Part shown: positions 1 through 11,612 of the stretch, piece by piece | Layout: each line of letters starts with the position of its first letter | Position numbering within the stretch: the first letter of the stretch is position 1 | Made by a program: the position numbers and the translations under genes | The notes under the pieces: generated by a model | The model's database searches: none | Seen by the model: the letters and a program-made list of their open reading frames with translations, nothing else | Told to the model about the DNA's origin: nothing | Assembly: GCA_973895155.1 (NCBI GenBank) | Contig: OZ316891.1 | Span: forward strand, 23,745,899-23,809,898 | DNA from: Marsupella aquatica | Lineage: Eukaryota > Plantae > Marchantiophyta | Length of the DNA stretch: 64,000 bases | Direction of reading: 5' to 3'

Positions 1-2201
1 ATCTGGTCGCTACCTTGGGTAATCTCGGCTTGCCGAGAATTGCCTTTCTTAACTGCTTCCGGAAGTACGGGCTATTTTTCAATAGCTGACCAACTGTTGC
101 CGAGACTCTAGATTCTAGTACATCTTTAGCCAGGTCATAGGGAACTATCGGCTTCTCTAGTGGTGTCTCCATCTTGGATTCGGCCTGTTTTTTCACGCTA
201 GTCCCCACAGCTGTTGGATCCTCCGAAGCAAACAATGCTTTTGCTCGTTCCACATCCTTGGCTATGGCTTCAGTGTTCTCCAGGGTTTCTAATTCTCGCA
301 GCTGTTCCTTAACACTAGCTGTAATAGAGGGGTAGAACAACTTAGGGTGATCTCGATTGAAATCGCTGTCCTGTGAAGGATTGGGGTCACTGGTGAGCTC
401 ATGGCTTACCTGTGTTGCCGGCGCCTTTCCTTCTCCTTCCGTTGATGTCGACAAAGAGTCAATCTTCTCTTCTTTATCCTTCCCTTTATTTTTGGCTAGC
501 CCATCCCACCTTTCCTTCCTTCTGGTTGATTGAGTAGAGACCCGGTAGCAATCATGATCCATATCCTCTTCTGAAAATGTTGATAGGGCCTCGGTCTCAT
601 CATCAGATGGTCCAAACTCTGCCTCGGCATCCACTTGCCATCCGAGCTCGATGTGGTTGATTTGAACTCCTCCTAGGGTAGTACCTGGCGGCAAGACCTT
701 GACCGGCAAAAGTTTATGATTTGCGGCCAATCCTGCCAACCAAGTAGGACATTGTCCTAGCATATGACCTTCCTGTCGGCATCCCATACATAGCTGAGCT
801 GGTTGTCCATCACCCTGTTTGCGTGCATTCGGGCATTCTCTAGCAAAATGGCCAGGTTGACCACAATTATAGCATGCCGCAAATCTCTGCACATTCGGCC
901 TAGGAGGTACTGACGGATTCTGAATAATCCGAGGATACATCTCTCCCGGATTGTTCCTTAATCCTGACCACAGGGATGCAGGTCTGTTGGATAGGTCTCG
1001 CGCTCCAGTCTCACTGATGCCGAAAACACTATCAGCGGCATCTCCTAAAAAGTACTCTACTTCTCCCTGACACGGTCTGATCTCGGCCACATGCCGAACA
1101 TGATTAGTATTAAGTTTAGGACACGCATCTTTATGGTGTCCGGTTTTATAACATAAGGCACACCATACATAGCTATCCTCCTGTACTACCTTCTTCTTCG
1201 GCTTTACCTCTGCAATTATAGCCTTAAGTCGCTCGGTAAGGGCCACGATGTTATCTGGTGGCTTAGCCTCCAGCTTGACTTTCGTCTTCCCTCTTCTTCT
1301 GCCCTTCCTTTTCCTAGTTTTTTCTTCTTCAGAACTAGAAGATGACTCACTCTTGCTACCTCCACTATCCGAGCTTGAGTTATCACTTCTTGACTTCTTA
1401 GAATGTTTCTTTTTCTTATCCTTTTTCTTATGGGGTGATCCCTCCTCTGATGAGGAACTCTCAGACTTAAGCTGTTTCTTCCGGCTTGTGATATCTGCAT
1501 TAATGTATAATTGAATATCCTTAATTGTATCGGCTAAAGTCTCCGGGTTCTCCTTCCTAATTGCAAAACTCATCTTCTGTGGCAAAGCATTCACCAACCA
1601 TTGATGCATTGGTCTTTGTACGTCTTACCAGTTTCTGAAAGCGTTGCAAGAACTTCCTGAAGGATTTGTTCTCCTTGAACCGAAGTCGTCCTAACTTCAG
1701 CACTGCTAGTTCTGAAGTTCCAATGGGTCGAAACTCCTTAACAAAGAGCGTTCTGAAGATATCCTAGATGGCTTGATCTTCCACATCTAATGCTCTGTAC
1801 CAAGGCCTAGCCTCACCCTTGAACAGGCCGGGAAGAATCTGCATCTTGATGGCCGATTCTCCATTTGCTGTAGCGGTTCCCTCGAAATCATCCAACCATT
1901 CGTCTGGATCCTCATCTCCTCTCCCATGAAATGCCTTATAATGTATGCGCAACCGTTGGCTCAGTCTGGTCCCGGGCCTCTCGTCTGGCCGTGCCTCTGG
2001 TTCCCCCATGTCGGTTGGAGACTCACTTCTCCTTACCGACTCTTCTTCTGGTATATCCTCTTTGACGCCACTTCCAGCTTCGGAGCTACCAGCTCTTTCT
2101 GCCCCTCTCAGTCGCTGTGTATCATGCCACCCGGCGAGCTGCTGCAGTCGAGCTCTCTCCCGTTGAATCACTTTTTCTTCCCTCGGCGTAAGGTCAGTCA
2201 T
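1..2201 (-). pseudogene. gag: gag(-protease) of copy A, disrupted
   Basis: Same protein as 11613..14606 (MTDLTPREE..., CCHC knuckles). TGG>TAG stop at 1764 and a short frameshifting deletion near 1605. Confidence 0.9.
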
Positions 2202-2246
2202 TACCTATGCTTCCTTTCTAACTTCATATCTCACGGCTTAAGAAAT

Positions 2247-2266
2247 GCCCCCTCCATCTAGCGCCA
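2247..2266 (-). promoter_or_regulatory. primer binding site of copy A (probably tRNA-Asn)
   Basis: TGGCGCTAGATGGAGGGGGC 4 nt after the LTR end. One mismatch to the complement of the plant tRNA-Asn 3' end as I recall it (CCCCTCCTTCTAGCGCCA). Confidence 0.75.
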
Positions 2267-2833
2267 AAACTGTGGTGCGTCCCATGGCTCCCTAAACCCA
2301 AGAAACCCCCCAGCTCAAGCCGATTCCCGCAGGTTTTGCGCTTGGCGGGGCCGTTTCCGCGGCTTAGCGGCATGGGACGCTGCTAATCTCCTCTACATCT
2401 ATTAACAATTTACACACATATACTGGACAGATCCTTCATCGGGTCATGAGATATGAAGCCGACCTACTCTAGGCCTTCCCTTGTTTTCCTCTCCTTCTGG
2501 TTAGGTATATTTGGATTCTACCGCCGGAATGATCCCCAATAGGCTTGGTTAAGCCGCTAAGACCTCTCTCAGCTCGACACATCCAACTCTCACTCCGTTG
2601 CTTACTTTCCTTCTCCTATTAGTTGATGTGGGCACTCTTCACACAAGTTAATGCGACACACAAATAGTAAAATGACTCCTTCTGACTGAGTCATACCATG
2701 CACTTGCCATACAAACAGTACATCTAATACACAAGCTCTGCGAACTAAGCCGTGAGGCGAACTCTATTCAGCTCTTAGGCATGAGGAAACATGAATATAC
2801 ACAAGGTCACTGTATGACTAACCGAGAGCTTCT

Positions 2834-5778
2834 TGTCAAACACTTGTCAAGGAGCTTAAGCATCTTTTCCCCTAAAAAACTACCTAATACTTGCTCCATG
2901 TCATACCAGGGTCACAAAGGATTGACCAAACTTCTGAAATGTGCATGCAAGGTCTAAGTACACCATACACAAGTAGTTTCAACTCTCCACTTCTAGAGAG
3001 GTAGTCACCTTGACTACTTTTGCACTCCCACTCTTTCTCTCTCCTCTACTCCAAGGATTAGCAAGGGGGATATCCACTCCAAGCTGTCACCTTAGAGTAG
3101 ACCCTAAAACAAACACCCAAGAACCCCAAGTACTTTTCTCTTCAAGCTTAAGTCCCCTCAAGATCCTCAAGGTAGTGTTACCCCTTAATCTTGCCCCCTG
3201 GCCTTGGTTTGGGTCCACACACCCCCTTGAGCTCTAGAAAAACTCTTCTTGCAAAGAACTCTTCCTCTTGGTTCTCACACAAAGCAAGGTACTTTCCACC
3301 CTCAAGATACAATCCTCTCTAAACCCCAAAGTAGTGCTCCACCTTAACCTTGCCTCCCTGGCCTTGGTTGTGTACCAGCACATCCCCTTCACGATTAGAC
3401 CAAGATTGCATCCTAGCATGGACTCTTCTCTTGCTCTCAAACACTTCACATTTAGTCACACTTAGTGATCACAATGAAGATTGGAAGAATCCTTTTATTG
3501 TATACTCAATCCTTACATAAAAGGTCACTACACACTCTCCACACTAAGCATGGACCTCCTTCCCCTTCTCAATCTTAGCCCCAACTTGCAAGGTAGAGCT
3601 TACACTTAAGAATGAGACTTCTGGTCCTCAACAAATGAAATCTTCCACCTTATATACTATTCTCCTTTCACACCACACCAAGCTTGACCTGGGGTCCAAC
3701 TATACCTCCCCCAAGTCCTCCTAACACACCAAGTCCAAACTATAGTTCATAGCTCACTCTACAACCTATTGCTTGACTCCTTCCAAGCCCTGGAATATGC
3801 CACACATGAGTTGCATGCTTTGACCTCAAAACCTGCTCCCACTTATGGTCCTCTTCATCAGCTTTCCAACGCACTTGAAAGCTCGCAAAAAGAGTACTTG
3901 AGTCCAAAGTTATGCCTAGTCAAAGTTGGCCTTATTTGACTTGTACCCCTTATACTACCCTAAGCAAACTACCCTCTATACTCACTTCTATTAACTTGAT
4001 GGCCTTGCACCTTCGACCAAAGGTAAGTACCCTTCCCTAGAGCCTTACTAAAGTGGTATGGGTACCCAAAGTGTTTGGCCCTACATCTGGTATTTATTCC
4101 CCCTTGGCAGCTCCCGTTTGCAAGCTAGCGGGACCCCCCATGGCGACGGTTTAAAATATCTCTGGGTATTTCTTTTCCTGGGTTTCTACCTTCACTCAAC
4201 AATGTTTTACCTTCCCTTGAATCGGCACAAAAAATATGGGCCCCAACGGATGCCCCTAGCTCAAGTTATGGCATTTTCCCTCTCTCAATCCCTTATGTGC
4301 AAAAGGGCTCCGAATTACACTGTCATAGGTCCCGGTTTATACTTATGTGTATACCAGGTGTCGACCTGAGAGAGTTCCTCATAAGGTCCAGTCTTTCCAG
4401 AAGCTATAGAGCTTAGCATCGTGCCTGATTGTGCAGCTGATTTGATGATGATTCCTTGACTAATTGCTTGACTGATTTTTGCAGTAGCTTCTCCTCTGAT
4501 TTATGACTGAGTCCCTTCTAATTGTTGGGCTGGATTGTGATTGATTTGCTCAGGAGTAGCCATAGCTCACAACTGCTATAAATTGCAGCAGCTGGTCAAT
4601 TCTCAGCACATGGATTCTCAATTGCCAGCCATTCTCTTTTGAATTTACTCAGCACAAGCTTACCTACCCGCAGATTGAATCAGCCAGCACATTGAATCAG
4701 CCAGTAGAGTGAATCAGCCAGCAACATCCACGTTTTCCTTGGCAGCAAGCTCTATAGCCTATGTAGTGCCTGCCCTTTCTCAATTTGTCAGCATCCAGGC
4801 AGATATCACGTTTACTAGACAGCTGCTGCATCAATTTCACATTGTCTAAGTTAGCCGATCTCGTGCTGGAGCAACAATAGCCCACCATAGATTTTCCACC
4901 ATGTGATTTCATAGTCTAATCACTCAACTCGCAGCCGCCCTCGTGCTTAGACTCCTTCCTGCCTCGTGCTAGCCTCGTAGCAGCCGCGTCGTCGCGTTTC
5001 CACACTTAGAAAAAATTTGGTTCTCTCGAGGGAGAACACTTTGTACTAGCCCTTTTTAAAGCCATGCCAAAAATCACCCATAGGTCTAAAAGAACTTCTG
5101 AGCATAGTTATGGGATCCTTGGACATAGGACTCCCTCCTGAATTTGTCAAACTCACTAAATACCCCGCACTGACTTTTCTAAAAATACCTAAGTTTGCCC
5201 ATATCTATAGGTTGCATTACTTTTCCCAATCTTTGAGGTGCTCCCAAAAACTAACCAAAGTTGATAAACTACTTCTTAGACTTTCAAGGGATATTATGGG
5301 CTATACTATACCCAATTTTAATCTCGAACCAAAAATATCTACCCCTTGGCTAATTTCTCCGGGACCCGCTAGATGGTTATTTTAAGTTCAGCCAAAATAC
5401 TCACAATTCCTAGGTTGAGACCCTACTTCACTTCATAATTTTTCAGGGCTCCCTAGGGACCTCCCCGCACCCATGGGAGAAATATTAGCCAAAATGAGAT
5501 GTCAGGTGTTGGGTCATTTTCCGGTCCCGACTTAGTCGCCTATCCTAACTAAGGAAAGAATATTTGCTGCCCTACCATAAAGACCTCACTTATCCCTTTA
5601 CATCTTCTTAGAACAACATATTTTTCCCTTCCATGATTCCCTACTATCCTTCCTTAGTGACTTAGGGTTGCAAACCCTAAGTACTTTACTAATGCTAAAA
5701 TGTATTTCTTACTATCCTTGTACAAAAAGCAAAAAAAATGATGAGTTTCTTACATACCCTATTTTGAGCTAGTCCACA
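2834..5778. mobile_element. solo LTR of a second family (2945 bp), no convincing ORF
   Basis: Termini TGTCAAA...GTCCACA with 5-bp TSD CTTCT (2829-2833 / 5779-5783). Interrupts the non-coding tail of LTR A. Confidence 0.8.
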
Positions 5779-6134
5779 CTTCTCTTACTACTTGATCCCA
5801 GCCCGGCTGGTGCAAACTAAAAACTTGCTAAAGAAGAGGCCCTGAGCTCCCCGCAGCCCAGGTATTTATCCTGGTAACGGATCCGCCTAATTCTTTGTAG
5901 CGTAAGCCTAATCTACCTAATAGTAATCTACTTGCCCGGATCTACCTATGTACAGCAAGGTAGGGGCACAAGTGTTGCTCCTACCAGTGGAACCGCAATC
6001 CCACTAAGCTAAGTGTCAGGGCCGCTCCTGGTCCTGATCCTAATCTTAAACTTGGAGATCAGCGCCCGCCCTGCCCACTCACGCCTCCTCCCTCCACGTC
6101 CGCCCTTCCTAAAAGGAACGGCGCCCTTGCACCG

Positions 6135-6907
6135 TCACGACACCGGTGGTGGATCCTCAATGGACGCCCCCAACGCTTCCTCCTCAGCCATTGCCGTTGG
6201 CCCGCCTACTGACAGATTACCTGCCCTTGACCGAGTCAACTCTCCATCGGCCTGACTGGGTCCACCTTCGGCTTCGGCCTCGACACCGGCCTCGGCAACA
6301 CCCACGGCTTCGGCCTCAGCCACTCCCACGGCTTTGGCCTCCCCTTCTTCTAGGGTAGTTGGATCCTTTGCTGTGACCCTATCTGGGGTCGGTGCTGGGT
6401 CTACCTCCTTGGTCACCACGGCCTGTGGAGTCGTATTACTCCTTGACCCTGAAGGTTTCTGCTTCTTCTTTGTTTTCGGCTTGGCAGCTGGTCCCTTCCC
6501 CTTCCCACTTACTTTCGGCACTGGTGCAGGTGGCGCGGCTTGTTCTTCGGCCAGTACCACTCCTGGTAACTGGTTCGCCCCAACGGGAGATGGACCTGCT
6601 GCAGCTAAGCATTTAAATACTGCGGCTTGTTTCTTCAGCCGCTCTGTTTGGTTGTCGGCCCGCCGCTGTAGGTTCTCCATCTTCCTCGTGATTTCCTCCA
6701 ACTCCTCCTGGGTCTCATCCAGGTCCTTACGTGCCCCCTCCAGCTCGTTTTTGGCCTCCTCCTGCTCCCTGTGGGCTTCCTCCAATTCCTTCTTCAAGGT
6801 AGCCCTCTCCTCCTGGGTTGCTCTTAGCTCTTTGTCGAGCTCTGTCACGATCTCAGACTCCATTTTATTCATCTTGGCATAAGTCTGATCGAGCATATCG
6901 TCCTTCT
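6135..6907 (-). pseudogene. C-terminal part of the LTR-encoded protein, copy A (coiled coil and basic/acidic tail)
   Basis: Matches 9894..10622. Continues upstream at 22392 across insertion C. Confidence 0.88.
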
Positions 6908-9900
6908 TGTGATGCCTAGACAGGAATCACTCGGCCGGTTAAGTGGGTAAAGCAGGAAGGCACCCTAGGAACACCTTAGTATAGGGACAAAACAAGGAAA
7001 ATATAAACAATTAGGGGCAACCATGGAACCCGGGCAGAGGCCGGAGGTAAGGCTGAGGGTGAAAACCCGATTAGGGTTAGGGCGCGTTAAGCGTCGGCGG
7101 CTAGGAAGGATCAACGGGAAGAAGGACCGGCAGAGGAGAGGGGTAAGGAGCGCTTGCAGGAGATGGTGGCTCATTTGCGAGCACGAACTAGGCAGACGAC
7201 TACGGGAGGCCAACTACTGTCAGCTGCTTAGGCAAGCACTCGGGGAGAGAATAGATACCGACAATCGACCTAAGGAGGGTATGAGCAATGTCAATCAAGC
7301 GGCACATTTCTGGGGATGCCTGTTCGAACGGGCAACTGAGTACATCAAGACTTACGAGGACGAGGAGTCAGAAAGGGCAGCTCGAGAACGGCAGGAGCTC
7401 GCTCGATTGTGGGAGCTGCAAAAGACGGCTTTCTTAGGAGGCGAACTCATCAAGGACGAGTTCCTGTGGACGCCTACTTCCAATCAACTCGACGATCTTC
7501 TGTTTTGCAAAGACAGCGTCGTCGGCATCCGAGAGGCCATCAAGAACTGCAATGACATACACTGGGAATTAAAGGGTAGCACGGAAAGATGGACCCAGGC
7601 AACGGTGCTAGGAGAAACCTCCACGGCAGCAGAGATGAAGAGGAAGGGGGCCGTCAACGATGAAGCCACCCCGGCAAAAAGAACGAGGTCGGCGGCACCA
7701 AAGAGGCCAGCCGAGCAGCAGAGCAGGAGGCAGGGAGAAGCCGAAGAGGAGGAGGTCGATCCCATCAAGGCCATTCCAACCAGGGATGACACCTGGAAGG
7801 GCTGGGCGGCAACCCTACCGGTGGAGGTGCAACTACATTTTGCACGGGAGGAGGATGCATGCTTTACGGCCATGCAGACCAAGAAGTACCAAGGCTTCAT
7901 GGCCGGATCCGGCTTAGAGGCCTTTGTAAGATTACCATGGCTGAAGCCGGAGGTACCGGAGTCAGACCTATTAGAATTCGTGGGGTCATGGGAACCCGAG
8001 ACCAATTGCACGAGGATATATGGGAAGGATTTCTATCTTACTCCCAAGGTAATTGCCGAAGTGTTTGGCTTGCCGATAGGCAATAAGACCAAAGTTGATA
8101 CCAGGAAGACCTTGCCTGACAAGGAGTTCCGGTCGTTCCCCGGGCCATCAACGAAGAATGGCTTCTTCCGGAACACCTGCACCAACCCGCACATAGGAGA
8201 GATGATCGACTTCTTGCGGGTGACCATGCATTGTAACTTGCCGAGGGCAGAGATCGGCAAGGCACAGGTCTATCTGGCAGAAAGGCCAGACCCAAGCCGG
8301 GACTACAACGGGTACCTCCTCAACCAATTGAAGAAGATCTTAAAGGAGGAGCAGCAGGTAATCGGCATGGGGAGCGTGTCGCGGCTTGGCTATCACATGC
8401 CGCTGTTGTGCCGGTATGCCAGAGGTCAGACTTTTGCCCCGGTACTTCCCCTGCAGGTAAGGGCACCCGAGGAAGCTCCAACGCCGAGGCCGTTGGCTGA
8501 GAAGCCTCAACCACCTGTTAGTCCTACGATCGAGCAGGTGTTTAGGCCCAGGAAGGAAGACTTGCCGATGCAGCAACCAGGCATGCAGAGTCTGCTGAAA
8601 CTACTGGAGAAAGAAAAGAAATCAACATCGGCAACAACAACGGCAACGGCAACAATGCAGGACACTACTACAGAGGTAGGCCTACACCGGCTCACAAGAG
8701 AAAACCCCTTTGCTGGAGACAAGGAGAGAATCAGGCCGGAATCCAAGCCAGGTGTTCGAATGTACGTGGGAACCTCAAGCTCCGAATCTGAGGCAGAATT
8801 GCCTGAAGCTCCTACCGACGAAGAGGAGAGGGAGAAGCCGGACGTCCAAGAGGTAGAGGAGGCAGTGGAGGACTGCAGCCATGATAATTCCGGCTATGGG
8901 TCGGACCATCACGTTCCAGGAGTAAGGACCTGTGGCCGGTTTGTCCCCACACTTCCAAGGGTAGTGCGAGGGGACCCCAACCAGCAGAGTAGCCCTGAGT
9001 CTCCCCCACCAGATGTTGCTCCCCCGAGCTTCGACGGCATAAAATAGACGGTGCAGGAATTTCAGGAGCGAATCAAGCAGGAGGAGGAGGCCGCCCTGGC
9101 TAAGGAAAAGGATTTACCAGGAGGAGATTGGCCGGAGGACATCAGGCGGCTAGCCGAAAAAGGAAGCAAACCTCTAGCCACGATTGAAGAGATCCGCAGG
9201 ACGGCTTGGGAGCAGAGGCCACGATGGGCGATGCCGATCACTTCTACTTACTCCACCTACGCTAAGAATAGAGCCATGGAGTATGGTGAGATGTGTGGGG
9301 AACTTGCGCTCGGCATCTTTGGAGAGGAGTTGGAGGTAGGACCCTTTTTCCATAGGGAGCAGTTGGAGAAGCACCAATTAGAAGAAGCGGTGGCTTTAGA
9401 GAGAAGCAAGAAGGACGAGGTCATTCGGCGGCTTAGGAGGATGGAAGCCGAGATTGAAGATCTAAGGGCGGCCAAGAAAGCCCAAGATGAACTGCGGATT
9501 AAACGACATGAGCTGAACATCATGCAGGGGCAGTTGGACACCGCGCAGGCTGATAATCAGAATATCAAGGATAAACTGACTCAGACGTAGGAAGAGTTGG
9601 CCGACACGATCAAAGAGAGGGAGAAGTGGAAGCAAGAGCTGAAGAATACAGAGGAGGCCCACATAACAGCCAACAGCCGGGCCATGGCGGAGACCCAAAG
9701 AAAGGAATGGGCGTTGAAAGGGGAGCTCGAGAAAATCCGCGGAGCCCTTGAGCAGAAGGAGGTCGAGTTAGGGAAATCCTATCAAGGGATTATGGCACTG
9801 CAGCAGGAGCTTGCGTCCCTGACGGCCAGCTTCAAGGCCGACCTAAGGGAGAAGGACGAGATGCTTGAACAGACTTACGCCAAGATGAACTAGATGGAGT

Positions 9901-11543
9901 CTGTCATCATTGCAGAGCTCGACAAGGAGCTAAGAGCAACCCAGGAGGAGAGGGCTACCTTGAAGAAGGAATTGGAGGAAGCCCACAGGGAGCAGGAGGA
10001 GGCCAAAAACGAGCTGGAGGGGGCACGTAAGGACCTGGATGAAACCCAAGAGGAGTTGGAGGAAATCACGAGGAAGATGGAGAACCTACAGCGGCGGGCC
10101 GACAACCAAACAGAGCGGCTGAAGAAACAAGCCGCAGTATTTAAATGCTTAGCTGCAGCAGGTCCATCTCCCGTTGGGACAAACCAGTTACCAGGGGTGG
10201 TAATTGCCGAAGGACAAGCCGCGCCACCTGCACCAGTGCCGGAAGTAAGTGGGAAGGGGAAGGGACCAGCTGCCGAGCCACCAACGAAGAAGAAGCGGAA
10301 ACCTTCAGGGTCAAGGAGTAATACGACTTCACAGGCCGTGGTGATCAAGGAGGTAGACCCAGCACCGACCCCAGACAGGGTCACGGCTAGGGATCCAACT
10401 ACCCTAGGGGAAGGGGAGGCCAAAGCCGAGGGAGTGGCTGAGGCCGAAGCCGTGGGTATTGCCGAGGCCGGTGTCGAGGCTGAAGCCGAAGGTGGACCCA
10501 GTCAGGCCGATGGAGAGTTGACTCAGTCAAGGGCAGGTAATCTGTCAGAGAATGAACCTACGGCAGTGGCTGAGGAGGAAGCGTTGGGGGCGTCCATTAA
10601 GGATCCACCACCGGTGTCGTGACGGTGCAAGGGCGCCGTTCCTTTTAGGGAGGGCGGACGTGGAGGGAGGAGGCGTGAGTGGGCAGGGCGGGCACGGATC
10701 TCCACGTTTAGGATTAGGATCAGAACCAGGAGCGGCCCTGACACTTAGCTTAGTGGGATTGCGGTCCCACTGGTAGGAGCAACACTTGTGCTCCTGCCTT
10801 GCTGTACATAGGTAGATTCGGGCAAGTAGATTACTGTTAAGTAGATTAGGCTTACGATGCAAAGAATGGCGGATCCACTACCAGGATAAGTACCTGGGCA
10901 GCGGGGAGCTCAGGGCCTCTTCTTTAGCAAGTTTTTAGTTTGCACCAGCCGGGCTGGGATCAAGTAGTACGAGAAGCTCTCGGTTAGTCATACAATGACC
11001 CTTGTGTATATTCATGTTTCCTCATGCCTAAGAGCTGAATAGAGTTGGCCTCACGGCTTAGTTCGCAGAACTTGTGTATGAGATGTACTGTTTGTATGGC
11101 AAGTGCATGGTATGACTCAGTCAGAATGAGTCATTTTGCTATTTGTGTGTCGCATTAACTTGTGTGAAGAGTGCCCACATCAACAGAAGGAAGGAAAGTA
11201 AGCAGGGGAGTGAGAGTTGGATGTGTCGAGCTGAGAGAGGTCTTAGCGGCTTAACCAAGCCTATTGGGGATCATTCCGGCGGCGGAATCCAAACATACCT
11301 AACAAGACGGAGGGGAAGACAGGGGAAGACAGGGGAAGGCCTATATTAGGCCGGCTACGTATCTCATGACCCGATGAAGGATCTGTCCAGTATATGTGTG
11401 TAAAATGTTAATAGTAGTAGTAGAAGGTTAGCAGCGTCCCATGCCGCTAAGCCGCGGAAACGGCCTCGCCAAGCACGAAACCTGCGGGAATCGGCTTGAG
11501 CTGGGGGGTTTCTTGGGTTTAGGGAGCCATGGGACGCACCACA
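6908..11543 (+). repeat. 5' LTR of copy C (4636 bp)
   Basis: TGTGATGCC...GCACCACA; direct repeat of 17765..22391; followed by the PBS. Confidence 0.96.
7023..10622 (+). pseudogene. LTR-encoded ~1199-codon protein (plant-transposon/Athila-ORF1-like central domain, long coiled coil, NLS-like KKKRK); three in-frame TAG stops
   Basis: ORFs 7023, 9051, 9597 and 9894 share one frame. Stops at 9045, 9588 and 9891 are CAG in other copies. The motif GLEAFVRLPW..LLEFVGSW..IYGKDFYLTPKVIAEVFGLP resembles Transposase_32/ATHILA-type accessory domains (by eye). Confidence 0.85.
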
Positions 11544-11547
11544 GTTT

Positions 11548-11567
11548 TGGCGCTAGATGGAGGGGGC
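11548..11567 (+). promoter_or_regulatory. primer binding site of copy C (probably tRNA-Asn)
   Basis: TGGCGCTAGATGGAGGGGGC after a 4-nt spacer from the LTR end. Confidence 0.8.
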
Positions 11568-11612
11568 ATTTCTTAAGCCGTGAGATATGAAGTTAGAAAG
11601 GAAGCATAGGTA

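Noticed and set aside
7484-10423. Recurrent antisense ORFs (175 aa, 177 aa, etc.) in every LTR copy
   Set aside because: Shadow frames of the E/K-rich sense ORF; they recur only because the copies are nearly identical.
7023-10622. Calling the LTR ORF an env glycoprotein
   Set aside because: No signal peptide or clear transmembrane segment; it is hydrophilic and coiled-coil with NLS-like motifs.
11100-11400. Hammerhead ribozyme (retrozyme-type) in the LTR tail
   Set aside because: CTGAGAGA and CCGATGA resemble the core, but I could not find a proper CUGANGA-stem II-GAAA arrangement by eye.
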